From: an uncultured virus (IMG/VR IMGVR_UViG_3300042691_048032)
Taxonomy: Duplodnaviria; Heunggongvirae; Uroviricota; Caudoviricetes
Length of the DNA: 60,957 nt
IMG/VR virus record: IMGVR_UViG_3300042691_048032
Strand: one strand, 5' to 3'
A program made the position numbers and the translations under genes. The notes below the pieces were generated by a model that was not told where the DNA came from, ran no database searches, and saw only the letters and a program-made list of their open reading frames with translations. The stretch's first letter is position 1; every line of letters begins with the position of its first letter. This document shows, piece by piece, positions 21,907-31,383 of the stretch.

Positions 21907-23358
21907 ATGGCAAAGTTCCTGACGAGCATCGACCTGCAGAAGAACCAGCTCGTCCGGGCGCGGATCGAGAACCTGTCCGACGACCCGCTCAACCCAGTCG
22001 CCGGACAGGTCTACTTCAACACCGGCTCGCACAGGTTGCGCTACTACTCGGGAACGGCGTGGATCGAGATCGACGCAGCCGTCGAGTCGATCTCGGCGGA
22101 TTCGCCCCTGAGCACCAGCGTCAACGGCACGACCGTCACCATCTCCATCGCCGAGGCCGACTCGACACACGACGGCTTCATGACGATGGAGTACGCCGCC
22201 ATGCTGACCGACGCCACCAATGCGGCGACCGGCGGCAAGCTCGTCAAGAGGGATTCCAACGGGGACTTCTCCGCAAACATGATCACCGCCGACCTCACGG
22301 GCGACGTGACGGGAACCGTATCCTCCCTGTCGAACCACGACACGGATGCCCTCGCCGAGGGGACGACGAACCTCTACTACCTCGACACCCGGGTCCAGGC
22401 CAACAGGCTGGACCAGATGGCCGCGCCGACCAGCAGCGTTTCCCTCAACTCGCAGAAGATCACCAGCCTCGCCGACCCGACCAGCGCCCAAGACGCCGCC
22501 ACCAAGGCCTACGTCGACGCCGCGAGGATGGGCCTGGACTTCAAGGAGTCCGTGCGCCTCGCCACCACGGCCACCGACGGCAACCTCGACCTGAACGGTG
22601 CGGAGACGATCGACGGCAAGGCGACATCGCCGAACAACCGAGTCCTCGTCAAGAACCAAACCAACGCCGCCGAGAACGGCATCTACGTCGTCAAGGCGGG
22701 GGCGTGGCAGAGGGCGGCCGACGCCAACGGCACGGCGGACACGGGCGAGGTCACCTCGGGCATGTTCGTCTTCGTCGAGGACGGCAACACCCAAGCCGAT
22801 TCCGCGTGGGTCCTCTCCACCGACGGTGCGATCACGGTCGGCGTCACCGGCCTGTCTTTCGTGCAGTTCTCCGGCGCAGGCCAGATCACCGCCGGCACCG
22901 GCTTGAGCAAGGACGGGAACACCCTCAATGTCGGCGGAACCGAGAACAGGATCACGGTCAACGCCGACACCGTCGACATCGCCTCCACCTATGTCGGACA
23001 GAACACGATCACCACCGTCGGCACGATCACAACGGGCACTTGGAACGGCAACGCCGTCGGGGTCGCATACGGCGGAACCGGGGCCTCGACGGCCGCCGAC
23101 GCACGGGCCAACCTCGGGGCCACGACCAAGTACGCCACGAACATCACGGGCAACGGTTCAACCACCAACTTCACGATCACGCACTCGCTGAACACGACCG
23201 ACGTCGTGGTTGCCATCTACGACACCCTGTCCGGGAATAACGACGTGGTGTACGCAGAGGTGAGGATCTCTGGCGCGAACACGGTCAACATCCTGTTCGA
23301 TCAGGCTCCCGCCGGAGGCGGAACACCGCAGACCTACAGGGTCATCGTCGTCGGCTGA
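21907..23358 (+). CDS. Virion structural / tail fibre protein
   Basis: 'KITSLADPTSAQDAATKAYVD' neck-like motif, 'RVLVKNQT..ENGIY', 'GGTGAST..ARANLG'. Confidence 0.7.
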   Translation: MAKFLTSIDLQKNQLVRARIENLSDDPLNPVAGQVYFNTGSHRLRYYSGTAWIEIDAAVESISADSPLSTSVNGTTVTISIAEADSTHDGFMTMEYAAMLTDATNAATGGKLVKRDSNGDFSANMITADLTGDVTGTVSSLSNHDTDALAEGTTNLYYLDTRVQANRLDQMAAPTSSVSLNSQKITSLADPTSAQDAATKAYVDAARMGLDFKESVRLATTATDGNLDLNGAETIDGKATSPNNRVLVKNQTNAAENGIYVVKAGAWQRAADANGTADTGEVTSGMFVFVEDGNTQADSAWVLSTDGAITVGVTGLSFVQFSGAGQITAGTGLSKDGNTLNVGGTENRITVNADTVDIASTYVGQNTITTVGTITTGTWNGNAVGVAYGGTGASTAADARANLGATTKYATNITGNGSTTNFTITHSLNTTDVVVAIYDTLSGNNDVVYAEVRISGANTVNILFDQAPAGGGTPQTYRVIVVG

Positions 23359-23362
23359 CGCA

Positions 23363-23391
23363 TTGACGGCCCGTGCCGTGCTCGTTAGGAT
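23363..23391 (+). promoter_or_regulatory. SigA-type promoter TTGACG-N17-TAGGAT
   Basis: Near-consensus boxes upstream of GGAGG and ORF 23410. Confidence 0.6.
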
Positions 23392-23409
23392 TCGGGCGGA
23401 GGTAATGAC

Positions 23410-23610
23410 ATGCCCATGAACGAGATACCCGCGGACAGGCTGGTCAGGGAGATGTCGGCGAAGATCGGCGAGGTCATCACGGAGAACATGATTCTCAGGA
23501 TCCAAGTCGCAGAACTTTCATCAGCCCTGATCGCGAGCCAGCAGGCGTTCGCCACGGAGGCCCCAGAGCCGAACATCCTCGCAGGGGCGTATGGCGAATC
23601 CACTGAATGA
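23410..23610 (+). CDS. Hypothetical coiled-coil protein
   Basis: GGAGG RBS; 66 aa. Confidence 0.5.
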   Translation: MPMNEIPADRLVREMSAKIGEVITENMILRIQVAELSSALIASQQAFATEAPEPNILAGAYGESTE

Positions 23611-23911
23611 CGAACTCGTCTGGCACGACGACGGACACTCGCTCTGGCTCGAGCTGAACAGGAACGAACTCGTCGTCCTGTCCGTCATGTGTCCGGGCGG
23701 GGAGGAGTGCAGGGACTCAAAGGGTCGGTGCGTCGTAGAGTGGTTCATCAACAGGTTCGGACTCGAGTGCCATGTCGGGGTGTCCGTCCCCGAGGAACAC
23801 TTGAGGGTCGCGTGGTCGATCGTCGGCGACATTGACGACAAGGATGAGTCGCAGGTGTGGGTCATCTCCGTGAGCGACGACCTGTACGCCGCTTGGAGGT
23901 CGTCGCTGTAA
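23591..23911 (+). CDS. Hypothetical protein
   Basis: 106-aa ORF containing Cys residues. Confidence 0.55.
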   Translation: MANPLNDELVWHDDGHSLWLELNRNELVVLSVMCPGGEECRDSKGRCVVEWFINRFGLECHVGVSVPEEHLRVAWSIVGDIDDKDESQVWVISVSDDLYAAWRSSL

Positions 23912-23961
23912 CGGGTGTCTAGGCGAGACAACCACGCCATAGCAGTAGTATCAAACTTGCT

Positions 23962-26349
23962 ATGAGGATGTCAAGCAGGGGGAGAACGTCGCTAAACCCC
24001 GTCACAGTCGTTGGTCTCCTCATGTGCCTGTTCGGCATGTTCAGCGCGTTCTTCCCGGCACGGGCCATCGCCAGCACGAATCAGGTGACATCCGCACAGG
24101 ACTTCGTGTTCTCGTTCTCGTCGCCCCAGCAGTTCACGGCGACGACCGACGCACAGAGGTTCGGGATCGACAGCCACCTGTGGCTGTACGACTCGTCTGG
24201 CGTCCTCGTCGCCGCCAACGACGACTACTACAACCTCGACTCGTACATCTCCGTTCCCCTGTCGGCGGGTGTCTACAGGCTCAGGGCTGGGGTGTGCTGC
24301 GGTGACCCGAACGCTTGGCGCGGTGGCTCGTACACCCTGACGACCAGTGCCGAACCGACGAACCTGCCGACCACGACGACCACGACCACGACAACGACCA
24401 CCACGATCCCGCCGACACTCCCGAGCAACCAGACATGGGGATGGGTTGCGGAGAACGATCAACTGGTTGTCTCCGCCCCCCAGGGCATGGTGTTCTCTAG
24501 GGTCGTGTTCGCCTCCTACGGGACGCCGACCGGGTCGAATGGCTTCATGTCCGTGGACCCGAACTGCCACGCCCAGTCGTCGGAGCAACTGGTCGAGGCC
24601 GCCTTCATCGGTCGCCAGACGGCATCCATCGGGGCCAACAACTCCGTATTTGGCGACCCGTGCGCAGGCGCGTCAAAGACTTTGGCTGTCGTCCTCGAGT
24701 TCTCCGTCGCCCCGACAACCACCACGTCCACCAGCACGACGACCACCACGATCCCACCATTCGTCGGAGAACCCACCGGCCTTTCCGTCGTCAACTCGCA
24801 GGGCGGTGTCGTCATCTCGTGGGATCGGCCGTTGCGAGGGACCACCCAGCCCGAGAGATACGCGATCATGTGGCAGTGCGACGGTTGTGGCGCAAGGTCC
24901 ATCGCAACAACGGAGACTGGCCTGTTCATCCCGTACGAGGTCATTGACGACTCGGGGCCGATCGGGCGCGCCTTCACCTTCTCGGTGAGGTCGGACAACG
25001 ACTCGCTCGGTCTGTACTCATCGTGGTCGGAGCCCTTCACCATCCAGTACCTCGGCCCGGAAGTACCTTCCGGCACATACTCGGGCGGCGGTTGCGGCCC
25101 GTACCAAGCCATGCTCGTCGTGGGCAAGTCCAGCGGTGGCTCTGTCTGGGGGTCGAATCCCTACACGGACGACTCGGACTTCGGCGTCGCCGCGGTGAAC
25201 GCCGGCCTGATCTCCGTCGGGGAATGGGCGGTCATAGAGCCCTACTGGGTCGGCTCGTACGACTCGTACCCGTCGTCAACGAGGAACGGCGTCAGCACCT
25301 CTGACTGGAACTCGTCGTGGTGCGGCTTCTACATCAAGGTTTCCGGTGCCCCGACACCCACGAGCACCACAACGACGACGAGCACAACAACGACGACGAG
25401 CACAACAACGACCACGGAACCGACCACGACCACAGAACCAACCACAACCACGGAACCGACCACGACCACGACCACAGAACCACAGGCTCCCCCCACGCTG
25501 ACCACGACCACCAGCACCACGACAACCACAACGACGGAGCCGCCAGCACCACCCACGAACACCACGAGCAGCAGCACGGAGGCCCCAGTTGAGCAGACGT
25601 TCCCCGCAACGACAAGCACGACTCAGGTATCTCAACCAACAACGCTCCCGCAAACTGTCGCGCCGCCGACGACACAGGTGACCACGACGAGCACCACGAC
25701 GACGACACTCCCGCAAGAAGTCGCGGACATAGCGGACAACGGGTACACGCAAGAAGAGATCGAACAGATAGTTGAGGTCGTCGGGTCGCTCGAGGACGAG
25801 GGCTACACGGCTGAGGAGGCGGTCGCCGTGGCCGAGGTGTCGCTCGCCCTCCAAGAACAGGGCTACGACGAAGAGACGGCCCTGCAGATTGCCGAAACCG
25901 CCTTCGCCCTCGAGGAGGAGGGCTACGACGAGGAGACCGCCGTAGCGATCGCCGAGATTGCCAGCCAGGTCTCGGACCTCGGCTACGACGAGGAGGAAGC
26001 CGTTGACATCGCCGAGACGGCCAACGAGCTCGGCGACAAGGGCTACGACGAGGAGACCGCCGTCGCCATCGCCGTAGAGGCTTTCGAGATCGAGCAACAG
26101 GGCTTCTCTGAGGAGGATTCGCTCAGGGCGGCCGAGGGCAACGCCTCGCCGGTTGCCGAGATCCTCGGCGAGTCAACCGTCGCCTCCCCGTCGCTCGGCC
26201 CTGTGACGCTTCACATAGTGATCACGCCCACGGAAAGGCGCACCGTAGTGGCCGCTGGTGTGACGGTGGTGTTCGGTGGCGCCACAATAGCAAGCGTTGG
26301 AAGTGCGTCAAGTTCGCCGTCCAGCACGTCCCCAAGAAAGAGGAACTGA
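23962..26349 (+). CDS. Secreted/membrane-anchored multi-domain protein (PPC-like, SUEL/Gal-lectin, Fn3, LCCL, Thr-rich stalk, acidic repeats, C-terminal TM)
   Basis: Signal peptide. Gal_lectin-like 'FASYGTPTG..CHA..NSVFGDPC.G.SK.LAV'; LCCL-like 'VWGSNPYTDDSD..AAV.AGLI..STRNGV'; poly-Thr; (GYDEETAVAIAE)n. Confidence 0.75.
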   Translation: MRMSSRGRTSLNPVTVVGLLMCLFGMFSAFFPARAIASTNQVTSAQDFVFSFSSPQQFTATTDAQRFGIDSHLWLYDSSGVLVAANDDYYNLDSYISVPLSAGVYRLRAGVCCGDPNAWRGGSYTLTTSAEPTNLPTTTTTTTTTTTTIPPTLPSNQTWGWVAENDQLVVSAPQGMVFSRVVFASYGTPTGSNGFMSVDPNCHAQSSEQLVEAAFIGRQTASIGANNSVFGDPCAGASKTLAVVLEFSVAPTTTTSTSTTTTTIPPFVGEPTGLSVVNSQGGVVISWDRPLRGTTQPERYAIMWQCDGCGARSIATTETGLFIPYEVIDDSGPIGRAFTFSVRSDNDSLGLYSSWSEPFTIQYLGPEVPSGTYSGGGCGPYQAMLVVGKSSGGSVWGSNPYTDDSDFGVAAVNAGLISVGEWAVIEPYWVGSYDSYPSSTRNGVSTSDWNSSWCGFYIKVSGAPTPTSTTTTTSTTTTTSTTTTTEPTTTTEPTTTTEPTTTTTTEPQAPPTLTTTTSTTTTTTTEPPAPPTNTTSSSTEAPVEQTFPATTSTTQVSQPTTLPQTVAPPTTQVTTTSTTTTTLPQEVADIADNGYTQEEIEQIVEVVGSLEDEGYTAEEAVAVAEVSLALQEQGYDEETALQIAETAFALEEEGYDEETAVAIAEIASQVSDLGYDEEEAVDIAETANELGDKGYDEETAVAIAVEAFEIEQQGFSEEDSLRAAEGNASPVAEILGESTVASPSLGPVTLHIVITPTERRTVVAAGVTVVFGGATIASVGSASSSPSSTSPRKRN

Positions 26350-26783
26350 TGTTCAGGAAGTTGTTCGAGGCACTGTTGCGCCCCGTCCTCAGGGCCCCAA
26401 AGGTGAGGGTCGACCTAGTCGTGGACGACTCGTTGCCGGATCGCTGGGTGGTCGTGGGCGAGAATGACATGGCGGTCATCGGCCTGGAGGACGGCGGGCA
26501 CGCCACCGCCAACGGCTCGCCGGTCAGGGTCATCACCGGCGACCAGCCCGCGTGCAACCAGACGACGGCGGACGACATCGGAACGCAGGGCGTTGTCGTG
26601 AGGCGCAGGGTGCTGTCCGTCCTCGTCAGGGAAGTCTGGGCCCTCTCTTGGACGCTCGTGGGTATGGCGATGGTGCTGATCACCCTGTCGGGTGACGCCC
26701 AGAGGATCTCGGCTGCTTTCGTCCTGCTCGGGGTGGTATTGCATACAATGACATTGAGGTTGCCAAGGACCCCGAGGAAGTAG
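26349..26783 (+). CDS. Membrane protein
   Basis: Two C-terminal TM segments; start overlaps the previous stop. Confidence 0.55.
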   Translation: MFRKLFEALLRPVLRAPKVRVDLVVDDSLPDRWVVVGENDMAVIGLEDGGHATANGSPVRVITGDQPACNQTTADDIGTQGVVVRRRVLSVLVREVWALSWTLVGMAMVLITLSGDAQRISAAFVLLGVVLHTMTLRLPRTPRK

Positions 26784-26788
26784 GAAAC

Positions 26789-26992
26789 GTGGAACTCAAG
26801 ATCACCCCGCAACAGAAGGCGCTCGTCGCCTCATACCTGAGGAGCGCCCTGGCGGCCGTCGTCGCCGTCGTCGCCACCGGCAACAGCGACCCGAAGGACA
26901 TCCTCACAGCGGCCGTCGCCGCCGTGGCCCCGCCCGCCCTCAGGTTCCTCAACCCCAAGGACGCGGCGTTCGGCAGGGGGAGCAAGAAGTGA
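26789..26992 (+). CDS. Holin
   Basis: 67 aa, two hydrophobic helices, 'LRFLNPKDAAFG'; directly before the endolysin. Confidence 0.65.
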   Translation: MELKITPQQKALVASYLRSALAAVVAVVATGNSDPKDILTAAVAAVAPPALRFLNPKDAAFGRGSKK

Positions 26993-27795
26993 ACCTCCCC
27001 TTCATCAAGCTCGTCGTCCCGACCGCGCTCAGTAGCAGGTTCAAGAACGGGCAACTCGACCCCTCCGTCCTCGCCCCGGTCAAGACCGGCGGGCGCATGT
27101 ACGCCCCGGTCGCCGCGGAGTTCAACAAGATGTACGACGCCGCCCTTGCGGCCGGCCACAAGCTCAGGAACGTCGGCGACTACCGAGGCTTCGAGGACCA
27201 GTTGAAGATGTTCCTCGACCGCTATGTCACCGAGGACACCGGCACCGGTGTCACCCGTAAGTACGACGGCAAGACGTGGTGGCTCAAGAAGGGCAAGGCC
27301 CCGTCCGCCGCCCCGGACCCGACCGGCGTGAGGGGCTCCAACCACGGCTGGGGACTCGCCATCGACCTCGGCTACGAGCAAGGGGGCAAGTTGGTCGGCA
27401 TGGGTGGTGCGTGTTTCGACTGGATGTGCGCCAACGCACCCAAGTGGGGCTTCTACCTGCAGACCGCGGACCGCAAGTCCAAGGAGTTCGAGGCGTGGCA
27501 CTGGCAGTACTGTCTCGGCGACAAAGCACCCGACGGCTCCGCGCCATCGGCCCCGGCCGCACCGGCCGCCGCACCCGCCGGCGGGGGGATGGTCTTCGCC
27601 TACCCCGGAAGCCCCGTGAGGAGGGGGTCGAAGGGTGACGCGGTCAAGCTCGTGCAGGCGATCGTCGGAGCGAACCCGCACGACGGCGACTTCGGCCCCG
27701 GGACCGAGGCCAAGGTCAAGGCGTGGCAGTCGTCCAAGGGACTGACCGCCGACGGCGTCGTCGGCCCCGTCTCGTGGAAGGCGATGTTCGGTTGA
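26989..27795 (+). CDS. Endolysin: M15 peptidase plus PG-binding domain
   Basis: 'YR.FEDQ..SNHGWGLAID..EAWHWQY' and C-terminal 'GSKGDAVK..DGDFGP.T..WQ..GL.ADGVVGP..W'. Confidence 0.9.
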   Translation: MNLPFIKLVVPTALSSRFKNGQLDPSVLAPVKTGGRMYAPVAAEFNKMYDAALAAGHKLRNVGDYRGFEDQLKMFLDRYVTEDTGTGVTRKYDGKTWWLKKGKAPSAAPDPTGVRGSNHGWGLAIDLGYEQGGKLVGMGGACFDWMCANAPKWGFYLQTADRKSKEFEAWHWQYCLGDKAPDGSAPSAPAAPAAAPAGGGMVFAYPGSPVRRGSKGDAVKLVQAIVGANPHDGDFGPGTEAKVKAWQSSKGLTADGVVGPVSWKAMFG

Positions 27796-28061
27796 TCAAG
27801 CAGATCAGTCTCCGCATCCTCGCCGCCTTCGCGGCGTCTGGTCTCGGCGTGGTCGGCGCAGGCTCCATCGCCGGCGTCCCGCTCTGGAAGGCGACGCTGA
27901 TGGCCGGCATCGGCGGTGTCGCCACCGTCGTGGAGCGCCTCGCCCGGCTCTACCTCGACGACGGCAACCTGTCCGCCAAGGACATCGACATGGCCTTCGG
28001 CGTGATCCAGAAGGTGCCGGAGGCGACCCAACCCGAGAAGGAAGAGGAGTCGGCGAAGTGA
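27792..28061 (+). CDS. Holin-like membrane protein
   Basis: TTG start overlapping the endolysin stop; two TM helices. Confidence 0.55.
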   Translation: MIKQISLRILAAFAASGLGVVGAGSIAGVPLWKATLMAGIGGVATVVERLARLYLDDGNLSAKDIDMAFGVIQKVPEATQPEKEEESAK

Positions 28062-28201
28062 GCACGGCCAGAATCCTCAAGTCCGTTGCGGGGGCGTTCG
28101 TCTTCCTGACCGTCATCCCCTGTGCCGTCGCCACGTGGGGCATGGCGACCGCGATCGTCGACCACAGGCGCAACATCGCCAAGGGCATGCGCTGGGAATG
28201 A
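28058..28201 (+). CDS. Small membrane protein
   Basis: GAGGAG RBS; GTGA/ATGA coupling on both sides; one TM segment; 47 aa, not in the ORF track. Confidence 0.5.
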   Translation: MSTARILKSVAGAFVFLTVIPCAVATWGMATAIVDHRRNIAKGMRWE

Positions 28202-28608
28202 GCGGCTACTCGCCCTACTGGTACAACGCCAAGGTGCTGAAGGTCGTCGACGGGGACACGGTTGACCTCATGGTCGACCTCGGCTTCAACGTCCACCACA
28301 AGATCCGCGTCAGGCTCTACGGGGTCAACACGCCGGAGTCCAGGACGAAGGACGCGGCCGAGAAGGAGATGGGCCTCAGGGCGAAGCAGTTCACCAGCGA
28401 CTGGATGGGTCGCCACCCGGAGGTGTTCGTCCAGACGGTGGCCGACAAGAACGAGAAGTACGGGCGCGTCCTCGCGAACGTGTACTCGTCGAACCGCGTC
28501 GACGACCCGGCCACCGCCTGCCTGAACAAGGACATCATCGGCGCAGGGTACGCCCGCGAGTACTTCGGCCTCGGCGACAAGACCTGGGACGAGTACAAGT
28601 CAAAGTGA
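28198..28608 (+). CDS. Staphylococcal nuclease (thermonuclease)-like protein
   Basis: 'KVVDGDT..RVRLYGVNTPE..DK..KYGRVLA..LN..G.A'. Confidence 0.85.
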   Translation: MSGYSPYWYNAKVLKVVDGDTVDLMVDLGFNVHHKIRVRLYGVNTPESRTKDAAEKEMGLRAKQFTSDWMGRHPEVFVQTVADKNEKYGRVLANVYSSNRVDDPATACLNKDIIGAGYAREYFGLGDKTWDEYKSK

Positions 28609-28623
28609 TGTAGCCTCGTCCCC

Positions 28624-29076
28624 ATGACTCACACGACTTGGGGACAGTACACGGGGCCGATCAAGGGAATCGTGTTCCTCGAGACCAAGGCGGCCGGCGA
28701 CAAGTGTCCGCCCGCAACCCAGGACATCAGGCTGAACGTCAAGAACCGCCAGAAGGCCATCGACGACGTCGGTTACGGCCCGTTCAACCCGCGCGAGAAG
28801 AACGAGAAGTTCTGGCAGGGCAAAGCGGACCGCTGGAAGGTCGGCATCCCCGAAGCCAAGAAGCAACTGTGCGGCAACTGCATCATGTTCGTCAGGTCGC
28901 CGCGGGTCCTCAAGTGCATCGAGGATGCCCTCGGGAACGAGGAGGGCAACACGGCTATGGACATCGTTGAGGCCGGCAAGATCGGCTACTGCGAGGCGTT
29001 GGACTTCAAGTGCCACTCCGAGCGCACCTGCGACGCGTGGGTGGTCGGTGGCCCGACCACGACCGACGGAGACTGA
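28624..29076 (+). CDS. Cys-rich hypothetical protein
   Basis: CGNC..C..GYC..C..CDAW pattern. Confidence 0.6.
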   Translation: MTHTTWGQYTGPIKGIVFLETKAAGDKCPPATQDIRLNVKNRQKAIDDVGYGPFNPREKNEKFWQGKADRWKVGIPEAKKQLCGNCIMFVRSPRVLKCIEDALGNEEGNTAMDIVEAGKIGYCEALDFKCHSERTCDAWVVGGPTTTDGD

Positions 29077-29085
29077 GCCAACCGC

Positions 29086-29511
29086 TCAGGGGAGCGGGGC
29101 GTTGAGTGCGATGTATTCGGCCTTGTCCGACTGGGACGGGCAGAGGTTCCTGATGCCTGCCAACAGGATGGCGAAGTGTGTCGCACGATCCACGTCGTCG
29201 GTCGCGCCCTCGTTGATGCGCTCCACGACATCGGTGTCACCCATGCCCTCCTCCATCAACCTGCACCACAACTCGCCGAACTCCAGCAACGAGTCGTCAC
29301 CCATCACGACCCCGCCGTAGAAGTAGGCGACGTCGTCGAAGAACGCGAACTGCTCCGGCGTGTAGGTGATCCGCTCGGCGGGGAGGGTGTCAACAACGGG
29401 GGCACCGGTTGTCGGCAAGGGGGCGAGGGTGGTTTCCCCCCCGCTGGTCGCACCCGACGAGCAACCAGCGAGGAGGAGAACTGTCAGCGGGAGTAGTCGC
29501 TTCACGGTCAC
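29086..29511 (-). CDS. Lipoprotein (DUF732-like)
   Basis: Lipobox LAGC; 'G.L.C..M..G...A...LCP'. Confidence 0.65.
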   Translation of the reverse strand: MTVKRLLPLTVLLLAGCSSGATSGGETTLAPLPTTGAPVVDTLPAERITYTPEQFAFFDDVAYFYGGVVMGDDSLLEFGELWCRLMEEGMGDTDVVERINEGATDDVDRATHFAILLAGIRNLCPSQSDKAEYIALNAPLP

Positions 29512-29924
29512 AGTCCCTCGAACTTGTACATCTGGCTGGGGCAGAAGTTCACGACCGCCGAAGACACAACGGTCGTGATGAACTCGGTGTCCCCGCCGGC
29601 GCCAACGATCGCCCAGATCACGTCCGAGCCACTCATCCCGCCGAGCAGGGAGTCACAAACGACCTGTCCCGTCGAGATCATCTCGTAGTCGGTGACATAG
29701 ATGGTTCCGGGGTAGGTGGTCTTGATGTCCAGGAGGAACTCGTCCTCGTCGGTCCACGGAACGGTTGGGGCCGGAGTCGCAACCGGGGCGTCCGTGGTCT
29801 TGACGACCTCCACCGTCGTGTCCGGTGCGTCCGTGCTGTCCACGTAGACGGTCTTTGTTCCGCCGCAAGCGGCGAGTGCGAGAGTGCCAACGATGGTGGC
29901 CGCAATGGTCGTTCTGTTCTTCAT
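29508..29924 (-). CDS. Lipoprotein (DUF732-like)
   Basis: GAGGAGG RBS; lipobox LAAC; 'GQVVCDSL..AVVNFCP'. Confidence 0.7.
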   Translation of the reverse strand: MKNRTTIAATIVGTLALAACGGTKTVYVDSTDAPDTTVEVVKTTDAPVATPAPTVPWTDEDEFLLDIKTTYPGTIYVTDYEMISTGQVVCDSLLGGMSGSDVIWAIVGAGGDTEFITTVVSSAVVNFCPSQMYKFEGL

Positions 29925-29965
29925 GTTCCCTCCTCGGGCTATGGGGCGGAAGGCCCGCCGAGGCG

Positions 29966-30439
29966 TCAATCTAACTCGTCGGGGTAGCGGCGCCAAGTCA
30001 TTTCTGCCTCCCCGTCCCACCATGTGGGAATCGCGCCGATCGCACGGGCCGCCTCGGCGATCTCGGGGACCATCTTCGGCAACTCCCTGTCGAGGTTGAT
30101 CAACCACCTCGCGGCGAACAGTTCCTCCGACCAGTAGGACATGGCCGACGGGAGGAGGGACCTGACGTGCTCGTGGTGCGGGTGGGTGATCTCGTCCGCC
30201 ACGAGCGCCATCCCGGCCGGCGTCACCGTGAGGCTCCTGACCGTCCCGGGGGTTGACCTGATGTACCCGCGCCTGTGCATCACGTTCAGCACCCCCTGCG
30301 CCGAGGCGGACGACGAGTAGCCGATGTACTTGCCGATCTCCCTCACCGACGGCGGGTACCCCCTGGCGGAGGCGGTGTTGACGATGAAGGCGATGATCCT
30401 CGCGTGGGTCTCGGTCGACGACTCCTTGGCGTAGCTCAC
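29966..30439 (-). CDS. LexA N-terminal DNA-binding domain protein
   Basis: 'GYPPSVREIG..G.SS.A...L..M.RRGYI...PG..R'; no Ser/Lys peptidase domain is evident. Confidence 0.75.
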   Translation of the reverse strand: MSYAKESSTETHARIIAFIVNTASARGYPPSVREIGKYIGYSSSASAQGVLNVMHRRGYIRSTPGTVRSLTVTPAGMALVADEITHPHHEHVRSLLPSAMSYWSEELFAARWLINLDRELPKMVPEIAEAARAIGAIPTWWDGEAEMTWRRYPDELD

Positions 30440-30708
30440 GCCATCTCCCTCGCGAGGTCCCACCACGCCTGCCCCCACACGTTCGACGGGTGTCGCCCGA
30501 TGCGGCACGCAACCTCGTCGGCCCTCGTGGCGGTTATGCCGTTGTCGATCCAGTGCCGGACGGCCGCCCTCGAGTGCCCGCAGGCCTCGGCGATCTGCCC
30601 GAGTTCCGTCCCGGGTTCCCACAGGGAGATGAGGGGCTGCGCCGGGAGCTTCGTCCCGGTTCCCCGCTTCCTCCTCTTCGGCTTTGCGGTTAGTGCATCA
30701 GTACTCAT
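30436..30708 (-). CDS. HTH DNA-binding protein
   Basis: 'LGQIAEACGHSRAAVRHW..ADEVAC.IG.HP..VWG'. Confidence 0.6.
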   Translation of the reverse strand: MSTDALTAKPKRRKRGTGTKLPAQPLISLWEPGTELGQIAEACGHSRAAVRHWIDNGITATRADEVACRIGRHPSNVWGQAWWDLAREMA

Positions 30709-31381
30709 CGAGGACGGAGAGTATCTTCTCGACCGCCCACTGTCCACTCCGCTCGCCGGCGTACTCCCAGCCACCGCCCTCGCGGCTCGTCCAGCGCATC
30801 GCCGGCAGGGGGATCTTCGCGCCGAAGGTGTCCTCGTTCGACTTGCCGGCCCCGCGGACCATGCCCTCGCCGAGGAGGAGCTCGTCCCTGACGAGGCGGA
30901 CGATCTCGTTCCTCCCGTACAGGTAGATGTGGGCCGTCGGGCTGGTGGCGTTCACGTAGACGGTGACCCTCGCCGAGGAGATGGTGTGGAACGACGGGCT
31001 GACCATCTCGGGCGTGCCGAAGGCGCACAACCCCCTGTGCCCGTCCCTGTTGTCCCACACGTTCACGTCCGCGAGCTGCCAGTAGTCGACGCCGAGCGAG
31101 GCGGCGAGCCTCTCCATCCCGCCAAGGTGGACGGGGTTGGACGTCACCTCGCAGACCTCCACGAAGTTCAGCGGGTACCTGTCCGGGTCGATCGGCTGCC
31201 CCTTGCACTCTGCGTACGCCCCCGACGGGAAGCGGATGTCGCCGCGCTCCCAGTTCTCATCCCTGTCGGTGACGACGGAGGGCTCCACGCCGACGACGCG
31301 GCGGAAGAACTCGGCGGCCATCTCGAGCGCCGGCCCCTCCTTGCCCCTGCCGAGCGCGTAGCCCTCGTTGCGCGAGACCAC
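30698..31381 (-). CDS. Putative PD-(D/E)xK nuclease-like protein
   Basis: 'GDIRF....AECK' motif. Confidence 0.4.
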   Translation of the reverse strand: MVSRNEGYALGRGKEGPALEMAAEFFRRVVGVEPSVVTDRDENWERGDIRFPSGAYAECKGQPIDPDRYPLNFVEVCEVTSNPVHLGGMERLAASLGVDYWQLADVNVWDNRDGHRGLCAFGTPEMVSPSFHTISSARVTVYVNATSPTAHIYLYGRNEIVRLVRDELLLGEGMVRGAGKSNEDTFGAKIPLPAMRWTSREGGGWEYAGERSGQWAVEKILSVLDEY

Positions 31382-31383
31382 GG

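Noticed and set aside
2..23358. Extracellular contractile injection system or tailocin rather than phage
   Set aside because: The region is linked to lysis, primase-helicase, WhiB and a large early-gene region, which is a phage layout.
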